From a virus (lineage: Duplodnaviria > Caudoviricetes), in IMG/VR virus record IMGVR_UViG_3300044728_000134, positions 1 to 41,993 of that record: a stretch of DNA of 41,993 nt; one strand, written 5' to 3'. The notes below the pieces were generated by a model. That model made no database searches. It had not been told where the DNA came from and worked only from the letters and a program-made list of their open reading frames with translations. A program made the translations under genes and the position numbers. Position 1 is the stretch's first letter. The number at the start of each line of letters is the position of its first letter. Shown here piece by piece: positions 34,818-41,993 of the stretch.

Positions 34818-35182
34818 TGCTGAAACACGTCGCGCTCGCTGTGCTGCTCGCTCTGAGCTCGTGCAGCGTGCTCAAAGACATCGTTTGGCCGACCACGGTT
34901 AAGTGCCTCACGACTCCGGCCGCGGGCCTCGTCGAGAAGGTGCAGAAGATCGTTGAGGCTGACGGCCTCGGCAACGTGTTCAGCCCTGCGACAGTCGACG
35001 CGCTCGAGGACGTTGCGCGCACGTACGGCCCCGAGGTCGTCGTGTGCATCCTGAAGGAGCTCATCGACGCGTACACCGCGCCGACGGGCATGCAGGCGCC
35101 GCCAGACCGGTTGGCTGCTGCGCGACGCACACAGGACTTCTTGAACGAGCACGACATCGTGGTCGTGGGGAGTGAGGAGTGA
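34814..35182 (+). CDS. Putative lipoprotein
   Basis: 'MLKHVALAVLLALSSC' lipobox; GAGG RBS. Confidence 0.65.
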   Translation: MMLKHVALAVLLALSSCSVLKDIVWPTTVKCLTTPAAGLVEKVQKIVEADGLGNVFSPATVDALEDVARTYGPEVVVCILKELIDAYTAPTGMQAPPDRLAAARRTQDFLNEHDIVVVGSEE

Positions 35183-35769
35183 TGCGCAGCCTGATCGCCA
35201 CCATCCTGCTCGCCGTCGCTGTCAGCTGCTACGTCAGCACGGACGCGCCATCGCCGCACGCGCTCGACGGCGCTGCCGGCGCGTACAACATCGCCCCAGG
35301 CTCGCCAGCGCACTACGCCAGCACGTACCCGATCGCGGTGGCTGCCGAGCCGCTGACGCTGGCCAACACGTGGACGACAGTCAACAGCAACGGCGGCGCG
35401 GCGTTCAACGAGTACAACCGTCTGTGTCGCGTGATCCGCGTGTACGTGATGCAGCACCAGAACGCGCAGTGGTCCTGCTACTGCGACGACTTCACGAGCA
35501 CGCCCTACTGCCAGAACGCAACGGCGTGGCTCGGCGTCCGTGACGCCACGTGCGCCGGAACCAACTGCTCCGAAGGCGTCGGCTGGATCAAGCAGGGCAG
35601 TGGCACCGGGCTGCTGTACCGAGCGCGCTACAACATGAGCAATAGCCCCTCGAACGATAACGTGGGCTTCGTCGAGTACAAAGAGGAGCTCACGCCGCAG
35701 CAGGTGAAGACGGGCGAACTGTTCACCGGAACCTGGTCGAGCCACACGCTGCGGAGGTATGTGCCGTGA
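35179..35769 (+). CDS. Putative Cys-rich lipoprotein / secreted protein
   Basis: 'MRSLIATILLAVAVSC' signal/lipobox; six further Cys; GAGGAG RBS. Confidence 0.65.
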   Translation: MMRSLIATILLAVAVSCYVSTDAPSPHALDGAAGAYNIAPGSPAHYASTYPIAVAAEPLTLANTWTTVNSNGGAAFNEYNRLCRVIRVYVMQHQNAQWSCYCDDFTSTPYCQNATAWLGVRDATCAGTNCSEGVGWIKQGSGTGLLYRARYNMSNSPSNDNVGFVEYKEELTPQQVKTGELFTGTWSSHTLRRYVP

Positions 35770-35952
35770 GCTTCTCGGCCCTCGAGTACAGCTGCTCGCG
35801 ATGCGGGCAGGGCTTCCACTCGATGGCTGCGTTCTTCACGCACCGCATGTTCTGCAGGGAGCGCAACGTATGAGGCTCATTCGACGCTTCACCGCTTGGG
35901 TAGACGGGCAGCTGGTCAGGCTCGGCCTGTGGCTCGAGGAGCTGGGGAAGGA

Positions 35953-36153
35953 ATGAACCCCCTCCGCAAGCTCTGGCGCTGGTGGCGCGCACCGCAGCCG
36001 CTGCCGTTCGACCACTGGTATCCGCCACACAGCACGATCCAGTGCTGGGAGGCTGGGCCGGAGCGCTGCTTCTACTGCCTGGCGCACGTGACGAGCGAAG
36101 CGGCCGACCAGCCCTGCCCACGTCGGCGGCCCGACATGAGGGAACTGGCGTGA
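35953..36153 (+). CDS. Small Cys/His protein
   Basis: MNPLRKLWRWW...CFYC; ATGA coupling. Confidence 0.4.
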   Translation: MNPLRKLWRWWRAPQPLPFDHWYPPHSTIQCWEAGPERCFYCLAHVTSEAADQPCPRRRPDMRELA

Positions 36154-36338
36154 AGTGGCGCAAGCTCAGATGCAGGCTGTGCAGCAAGCGCTACCGCGCG
36201 TGTGAGTGCTTCGCTGTGCGTGACGAGCAGGCGCTCGCTGAGGCGGCCGAGCGGGCTCGCGCGGCGTATAGCCGCGAGCTCTACGAGAAGCGGCAACGCG
36301 CTCTCGAGCTGGCGCTGGCGAAGGTGCGGGCAGCATGA
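36150..36338 (+). CDS. Zn-finger small protein
   Basis: CRLC...CEC; GTGA coupling. Confidence 0.4.
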   Translation: MKWRKLRCRLCSKRYRACECFAVRDEQALAEAAERARAAYSRELYEKRQRALELALAKVRAA

Positions 36339-36562
36339 GCGCCGCGTTCAAATGCGACCGGTGCGGCAAGGTGCAGGAAAGCTACGCCGTCCACCTGCTG
36401 CGCGGTCATCGTGATTACGACCTGTGCACGGGGTGCGTCGCGGACTTCGATCGCTGGATGCGACGCGAGCCGACCAACGTGCTCATGCCGAAGGAAGATC
36501 CAAAGCTGAAGCCGCAGGACGTCGCCATGCGTCAGCTGCGAACGCAGAGCTGGGATTACTGA
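36335..36562 (+). CDS. Zn-ribbon small protein
   Basis: 'FKCDRCGK...DLCTGC..DF..W' common phage motif. Confidence 0.6.
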   Translation: MSAAFKCDRCGKVQESYAVHLLRGHRDYDLCTGCVADFDRWMRREPTNVLMPKEDPKLKPQDVAMRQLRTQSWDY

Positions 36563-36756
36563 TGAGCGCCAAGGACGCCCCGATCGCGGTTCGCTCCGGC
36601 CAGACGCTCGTCGGCGTCATCGACAAGTGGCGCATGCGTCGCGAGTTCATCGAGAGCCAGGTGGTGCGGTACGCGACCATTTGCCCGAGGTCGACAGACC
36701 TTTGGAACGCTCGCATCTGGGCGGCTCACCTCTGGGAGGTCCGCTACGGTGGCTGA
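36562..36756 (+). CDS. Hypothetical protein
   Basis: TGATG coupling. Confidence 0.45.
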   Translation: MSAKDAPIAVRSGQTLVGVIDKWRMRREFIESQVVRYATICPRSTDLWNARIWAAHLWEVRYGG

Positions 36757-37168
36757 TAAGCCCGACGCGATCGAGCGCGCGGCTGCCAAGCAGCTCGCCA
36801 ACGAGACCATGCGCGAGGCTGCGAGCGCCGAGTGGTTCGCGCGCCGCTCGTACATGAAGGCGGCGCGTGGCGGCGACCTGGCGCTCCCCGAGTCGCTGGA
36901 GTCGACGCGCACCCAGGCCATCTACGCGCGGGCCTTGGCGAAGCTCGAGGACACCGCGCTGCACGACCCCGACCCGAAGTACAGCAACCAGGCCTGTGAG
37001 CTCATCCTGAACTACGCGATCGAGACGCAGCGCATTCAGGCCGGGCTCGACGCGAAGCACCCGATCGTGGAGGCCGCGCAGCCGACGCAGCAGCCGGCCA
37101 ACGACCTCACGCGTGAGGAGAAGGTCGCGCTCGCGCGGTCGCATCTGAAGCTGGCGAGGGGCGCATGA
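36749..37168 (+). CDS. Candidate terminase small subunit
   Basis: GGAGG RBS; helical 139 aa near TerL; C-terminal 'NDLTREEKVAL' like many TerS proteins; the call is mostly positional. Confidence 0.4.
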   Translation: MADKPDAIERAAAKQLANETMREAASAEWFARRSYMKAARGGDLALPESLESTRTQAIYARALAKLEDTALHDPDPKYSNQACELILNYAIETQRIQAGLDAKHPIVEAAQPTQQPANDLTREEKVALARSHLKLARGA

Positions 37169-37383
37169 AGCGCTATTCGTGCGGATGCCGCGTTGCGGCG
37201 GTCGGCGAGAACATCCCCGGCGTCTCGTTCACGTTGCGCGATCCAGACGCAGTCAATCGGGCAGGGTGGTTCGAGCAGAGCAACACGCGCGACGGGGACC
37301 ACCTCGTCAGCCCGTGCCGGAAGCACATGCCCGGCGTTATCGCGCGCTGGGGCACGCGGCGGATATTCGGAGCGCACGCATGA
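37165..37383 (+). CDS. Hypothetical small protein
   Basis: ATGA coupling on both sides; CGC...CRKH. Confidence 0.45.
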   Translation: MKRYSCGCRVAAVGENIPGVSFTLRDPDAVNRAGWFEQSNTRDGDHLVSPCRKHMPGVIARWGTRRIFGAHA

Positions 37384-39086
37384 GTGCAGCGCCTCAGCTC
37401 GCCGAGCTCGGCCGCGAGTCGGTCGATGAGCTCGCCCGGTCTGGTGACCTCGAGTTCATGCTCGGCGAGCATCGCATCGAGACGTACCGCAAGTTCCGCC
37501 AGTGGAACGTCGAGCGGCAGTCGCGAGCACATCGCGACTGGTGTGCCAGCATCGGCGCGCGCTTCGATCGCATGTGGGTCGACCTCGCGGCGCGGCGCAC
37601 GTTCAAGACGTCGAGCTGGCTGATCACCGGAGTCGAAGAATGCATCCGCTTCTACCTCGAGCACGGCCGCGGCTGCCACGGGATGATTGCCATCCCCGTC
37701 GCCAAGAAGATCGGCGGCGTGCTGGTGCCGAACATCAAGAAGCTGTTCCGCGACATGCCGAAGGGCTATGCGCCGGAGCACCGTGGTAGCGGTCAGGGCG
37801 AGCACGAGCACCTATACGTGCCAGCTGTCGATGGTCGTATCAAACTGGTCGGACTCGACCATCACCCAGACGCGCTGCGTGGACCTTTCCTCGACTGGGC
37901 ATTCGTCACCGAGGCTGGGTACGTCACCACCGATCTCGAGAGCACGGTCGTCTCGGAGATCATGCTTCAGTTCCAGGGCCTCGATCATGCCTGGATGGTG
38001 CTCGAGAGCTCTGCGCCAAAGTCGCTCGATCACCCGTTCAAGCGCGTGTTCGTGGTCGATGCCATGGCGCGCGGAGCGTACTCGGAGCAGGTGATCACCG
38101 ACAACACGTCGCTGACGAAGGAAGAGATCGAAGACGAGATACGCATGACGGGCGGCATGCAGTCCGCGATCACCAAGCGTGAGCTGTTCAACATCGTTGA
38201 GCCAGACCCCGAGCAGATGGTGGTTCCCGAGTTCAACGAGGCCATTCACGTCGTGGACGAGTGGCCGATGCCCGAGCACGCGCTCGCGCACGAGGGCTAC
38301 GACCCGGGCACGACCGACCCGCACGGCCTGGTCGGGCTCTACCTCGACTGGATGACGCAGACGATCGTAGTCGTGTACTCGTGGAAGGAAGCCAACGCGA
38401 GCACGGGCAAGGTTGTCGCCACGGCGCAGAACTACGAGCGCCTGCTCTGGGGCACCGAGCACGCGACGCCTGACACGCGGCAGCAGAACCGAGGGCTGAT
38501 CAGCATCGCGAACGCCGAGCGCACGCCGGGCGGCAAGGTGTGGGTGCCGCCCGAGGGCTCGTTGACGTACTGGGACGAGAGCTCGTGGACGCTCCGCCCG
38601 AACCCGTTCAGCCGCATCTCGGACATCGACAACCAGTTTGTGATCGACATGAACAACGATCACGCGATGGCCATTCGCGACGCGGACAAGGGCCCGGGCA
38701 GCGCAGAGGCCGACGAGCAACACCTGCGCATGCTGTTCGCTGCGCGGCACAAGGACGGCCGGCCCAAGATCGTCATCGTTCGCAACGGCTACACCGACGA
38801 CATCATCTGGCAGCTGCGCTCGGGGATGTGGAAGGTCGACGAGACCGGGCACAAGACCGACTGGCAGCGCACGAAGCTGCTGGGTCATCTCGATTGCATC
38901 GCAGCGCTCAAGTACGTGGTGCGTGACGTGAAGTGGCGGCGCAATCCGTTCCCGCCAGAAGCCATCGACGTCAACAAGCCCAACACGTTCGTACCCGAGC
39001 GCATCAAGAAGAAGCTGCGCGGCAGCGGCATGCCTATCGCGGCGCCGAGAGTGCTCGGCGGACGCACGCCATGGAGACCGAGATGA
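37380..39086 (+). CDS. terL: Terminase large subunit
   Basis: Walker A-like 'AARRTFKT', 'LRGPFLDWAFVTEAGY' Walker B, 'ESSAP' coupling motif, nuclease 'GYDPG..D' and 'GHLDCIAALKY'. Confidence 0.8.
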   Translation: MSAAPQLAELGRESVDELARSGDLEFMLGEHRIETYRKFRQWNVERQSRAHRDWCASIGARFDRMWVDLAARRTFKTSSWLITGVEECIRFYLEHGRGCHGMIAIPVAKKIGGVLVPNIKKLFRDMPKGYAPEHRGSGQGEHEHLYVPAVDGRIKLVGLDHHPDALRGPFLDWAFVTEAGYVTTDLESTVVSEIMLQFQGLDHAWMVLESSAPKSLDHPFKRVFVVDAMARGAYSEQVITDNTSLTKEEIEDEIRMTGGMQSAITKRELFNIVEPDPEQMVVPEFNEAIHVVDEWPMPEHALAHEGYDPGTTDPHGLVGLYLDWMTQTIVVVYSWKEANASTGKVVATAQNYERLLWGTEHATPDTRQQNRGLISIANAERTPGGKVWVPPEGSLTYWDESSWTLRPNPFSRISDIDNQFVIDMNNDHAMAIRDADKGPGSAEADEQHLRMLFAARHKDGRPKIVIVRNGYTDDIIWQLRSGMWKVDETGHKTDWQRTKLLGHLDCIAALKYVVRDVKWRRNPFPPEAIDVNKPNTFVPERIKKKLRGSGMPIAAPRVLGGRTPWRPR

Positions 39087-39346
39087 TGACCGACGTGCTG
39101 TATGCAGTGACGATCCTGGGCGCTTCCGGCCTCATCTGGGACGGCTGGCGCCGCTACCTCGCGAAAGACACGGCGACCGTGCGCGAGCTCCGCATCGAGC
39201 TGAAGGGCACCCAGGAAGACTGGGAGAAGCGCTTCCACGCCCACGAGCGCGAGCTCGACACGGTTGGCAAGCACGTGAAGGCGCTCGCCGCACGCGACGG
39301 CGTGAGCCCGCTCGGCAAGTCGTACAGCACTCGGAGCGCCGGCTGA
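39083..39346 (+). CDS. Small TM plus coiled-coil protein
   Basis: N-terminal hydrophobic helix then charged coiled coil. Confidence 0.5.
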   Translation: MMTDVLYAVTILGASGLIWDGWRRYLAKDTATVRELRIELKGTQEDWEKRFHAHERELDTVGKHVKALAARDGVSPLGKSYSTRSAG

Positions 39347-39708
39347 TGGCCACTGAGCACGTGCTGCGCCTGCGCATCACCAAGGCGGCCGAGGCCGCTG
39401 CGCGCGCCAACGCGCGTCAGGATGCGCGGGCGTACGCCGCTGCGAAGCAGGCCTACGACACCGCGGACAAGGCGCTGCGCGAGCTCGAGGCAGCCCGCAA
39501 CGAGAAGGCGATCCACGAGCTCGAGATGAGCGCCCTCCCATGCCGCGGCGGCGCCGTGCTCTCGCCTGCGAAGATCGCAAAATCCGGTGTACCCGTCGAA
39601 GTGCTGCAGGGTCGCGGATGGGAGAGCGATAACCGCGGCGGCATGTGGCTGCCGCCGGAGCTGCCGCGACTCGCAGCCGTGCCGCCGCCAGAAGACGAGG
39701 CCGGCTGA
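39346..39708 (+). CDS. Hypothetical protein
   Basis: TGATG coupling; coiled-coil N-terminus. Confidence 0.55.
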   Translation: MATEHVLRLRITKAAEAAARANARQDARAYAAAKQAYDTADKALRELEAARNEKAIHELEMSALPCRGGAVLSPAKIAKSGVPVEVLQGRGWESDNRGGMWLPPELPRLAAVPPPEDEAG

Positions 39709-40103
39709 TGGCGTCGCTCAACACGCTGATGCGCCGCGCGCACACGCGCATGGACACCCCGCACGGCCGGACGCGTGTCTCGGGGCGCGAGCGCCGCGCA
39801 CACGAGGCGTTGCACTGTGCGTTCCGGGAGCGCGCAGCGCTGCTGGGCCCGCTGGGCATCAAGGTAATGGAGTTGGCGAACTACGCCGGCTTTCAGATCC
39901 GCGTACAGCTCACCGGCGGAAGGCTCGTAGTCCACAACGTCAGCGGCTTCATCAACGCCGCGATGGGTCTCGAGCACGGTCGCGCGATCGATCAGGTGCT
40001 GTTCAACATTTTCAAGATCACACAGAAGGAGGCCGAAGATGGCCACACAGCCGCAGACGCAGGAGCCGGCGAAGCCGAAGCTCCAGCACAAGCATCCGAA
40101 TAA
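39708..40103 (+). CDS. Hypothetical protein
   Basis: TGATG coupling; overlaps the next gene by 65 nt. Confidence 0.45.
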   Translation: MASLNTLMRRAHTRMDTPHGRTRVSGRERRAHEALHCAFRERAALLGPLGIKVMELANYAGFQIRVQLTGGRLVVHNVSGFINAAMGLEHGRAIDQVLFNIFKITQKEAEDGHTAADAGAGEAEAPAQASE

Positions 40104-40644
40104 CGAACACTACCTGTTCACCTGCAAGGCGTGCCGCGATGCCGATGCGCAGCGCAGCAAGCTGGACGTGCGCGCGCTCAGCGATGACGATCTCGTGCGC
40201 ACCACGTTCCTGGTGCCAGAGACCGACTACGACAATCGCGTGTGCCGCGCGTACATCGCGCTGAAGTACCCCGACGCGGTGTACGTCGAGAGCAAGCTCA
40301 ACACCGCGCAGTTCGGCGGCTGGGCTGACGGCGAGCAGATCGTGGTCGTGCGACGCGACACGCACCCGAAGCCAGGCGGCCCCGGCTCGCGCCGCGAGAA
40401 GGACGTCGAAGACCGCTGGCAGTACATCCCGATCGAGCCAGAGACGTACATCAACGAGGTCGTGGAGAGCGCGCCTGTCGACGTGAAGACCACGATGGTC
40501 GTCACCAAGGCCGACCGCTTCACCAAGGCCGAGCTGAACACCAAGCCCCTGATCGCCCGGCTCTCGGAGCTGATGCCGTTGCCCTACCGCATCGACCTGC
40601 CGCGCGACGACAACGATTCCGTTCTGTACTTCGTCCACGCGTGA
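40039..40644 (+). CDS. Hypothetical protein
   Basis: AAGGAGG RBS; H..H...CKAC motif; strong codon bias. Confidence 0.65.
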   Translation: MATQPQTQEPAKPKLQHKHPNNEHYLFTCKACRDADAQRSKLDVRALSDDDLVRTTFLVPETDYDNRVCRAYIALKYPDAVYVESKLNTAQFGGWADGEQIVVVRRDTHPKPGGPGSRREKDVEDRWQYIPIEPETYINEVVESAPVDVKTTMVVTKADRFTKAELNTKPLIARLSELMPLPYRIDLPRDDNDSVLYFVHA

Positions 40645-40652
40645 GGTGAGAG

Positions 40653-41993
40653 ATGCCCGACGCAAGCAGCAGCGAGGCCCCGAAGTATCTGGGCCTGCAG
40701 ACCGGCCCGGAGTTCCTGGATGGCGCGCGCGAGTTCGAGCGCAACTGGCTCTACACGTGCCGCGAGCGCGGCATCTGGCGCCTCTGGTGGCTGATCTACT
40801 GTCAGCTGCTCGGCATCGACCCCAACACGGGCGCGTACAACTCGAACCAAGAGCTGCAGTTCGTCGGCTCCGAGGCGCAGTACGCGCTCTTTCGCGTGCA
40901 GATCGCGCGCCGCTACATCAAGCAACGCCAGATGATGGCGCAGGACCAGCGTCCGAGCTTCGTGGGCGTCGCGACGAACAACGACGCGGCATCGCTCGCG
41001 CAGGTGAACGTCAGCACGCGCGCCATCGAGTACATGCTGACCGAGGCTAAGCTCGAGCAGCAGGCGAACCGCGCGCTCGAGTCGCTCTGCTGCTTTGGCA
41101 TGGGCGGCCTGATGATCGGCTGGGACTTCCACGCCGGTCAGAAGGTGCCGGCGCAAGAGCCGGAGCTCGACCAGCAGGGCCAGCCGGTGCAGATGCCGAT
41201 CACCGACGAAGCAGGCAACGTCGGTGTGCAGACGAATCCGGAGACCGGGCAGGACGAAGTTGTCATGCAACCGGTCATGCGAGACGTGGAGAAGCCGAGC
41301 GGCGCGCCACGCATTCGCAAGCTCTATCCGTGGCAGATGGCCGTCGATCCGTACATGGAAGACGAGCACAGCGCCGTGATCGTCAAGATCGCGGTAAACA
41401 AGTACGAGCTCGCGGCGCAGTTCCCGGAGCACGCGGACGCGATCATCGCGATGTCGATCGATGATGAGATGGGTGATGATGCGTTGTTCGCGTGGGGCGG
41501 CTCGCGCGCCGTGTCGTCTGACACGGTCGTGCTGCGGCAATACTTCCATCGCAACTGTGAGGCGGTGGAGGGCGGGCGCTGGGCCGGCTTCTTGAAGGGC
41601 CTCGGACTGTGGGGCGTCGACAAGCCGATGCCGTGCCCGCTCGACAACGGGCTGCCGGTCAAGTTCATGGTCGGGCCGCGCTACTACGGCACTTCGTTCG
41701 GCTACGCGGAGAGCGGCGACCTTCTGTCGCTCCAGCAAGTCATCAACGAAGTCGTGAGCATGAACGTCACGAACATCCAGAAGCGCGGCAATGCGAACGC
41801 GTACAAGCGCGATGACGTGCAGATCGATGTCGACGCGTGGAGCAAGGGCGGCGGGCTGATCGATCTGCCCGCCGGCGCGGAGCCGCCGACGTGGGACGAG
41901 CCGCCCAAGATGGATTCGTTGTCGCAGTACATCCTCGAGTTCTGCCTCGAGCAGAGCCGCGGCATGCTCGGCAGCAACAGCGTCACCGAGGGA
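40653..41993 (+). CDS. Portal protein, N-terminal part (continues at 128-967)
   Basis: ATG 40653 with GAGGT RBS (MPDASSSEAPKYLG...); open to the end of the window and in frame with 44..967; missed by the ORF track because it has no stop inside the linear window. Confidence 0.8.
   Translation, partial: MPDASSSEAPKYLGLQTGPEFLDGAREFERNWLYTCRERGIWRLWWLIYCQLLGIDPNTGAYNSNQELQFVGSEAQYALFRVQIARRYIKQRQMMAQDQRPSFVGVATNNDAASLAQVNVSTRAIEYMLTEAKLEQQANRALESLCCFGMGGLMIGWDFHAGQKVPAQEPELDQQGQPVQMPITDEAGNVGVQTNPETGQDEVVMQPVMRDVEKPSGAPRIRKLYPWQMAVDPYMEDEHSAVIVKIAVNKYELAAQFPEHADAIIAMSIDDEMGDDALFAWGGSRAVSSDTVVLRQYFHRNCEAVEGGRWAGFLKGLGLWGVDKPMPCPLDNGLPVKFMVGPRYYGTSFGYAESGDLLSLQQVINEVVSMNVTNIQKRGNANAYKRDDVQIDVDAWSKGGGLIDLPAGAEPPTWDEPPKMDSLSQYILEFCLEQSRGMLGSNSVTEG
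41867..41993. repeat. Direct terminal repeat, copy 2
   Basis: Identical to 1-127. Confidence 0.95.

Noticed and set aside
35759-35956. 65-aa ORF after the Cys-rich lipoprotein
   Set aside because: Start uncertain; only the last 28 codons from about 35869 look plausible, too weak to call
40646-41050. ORF-track call 40646..41050
   Set aside because: Wrong frame; the portal gene starts at ATG 40653 and runs through the junction

Overview
The window is an apparently complete, circularly assembled, high-GC temperate tailed-phage genome. Bases 1-127 are repeated exactly at 41867-41993, giving a unit length of 41,866 bp, and the portal gene runs across this junction. Layout: packaging and head genes (terminase, portal, scaffold, major capsid); a podovirus-type tail module (adaptor, nozzle, three ejection-like proteins, no tape measure); receptor-binding and accessory genes (two paralogous lectin-like proteins, a GH26 glycoside hydrolase, a LamG protein); TIGR02594 endolysin and holin; a leftward membrane-protein cassette with an RHH regulator; attP (3' half of tRNA-Val TAC); tyrosine integrase and Xis; a Bet/Gp157 recombination operon; a CI/Cro switch with a palindromic operator; a replication initiator with internal iterons; two methyltransferases; a RusA-like resolvase; and a papain-type C1 protease followed by lipoproteins. 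The most striking signal is an exact chromosomal parS consensus (TGTTCCACGTGAAACA, 32848-32863) in an intergenic control region of a phage with no recognisable ParA/ParB. Its integrase also lacks two canonical catalytic residues, which suggests the phage may use the host ParABS/SMC system. Other notable items are an ImmA/IrrE-like protein lacking HExxH, a structured RNA leader that sequesters the capsid RBS, and a likely autoregulated membrane operon beside attP. All protein calls come from motif recognition and synteny by eye; no database searches were run.
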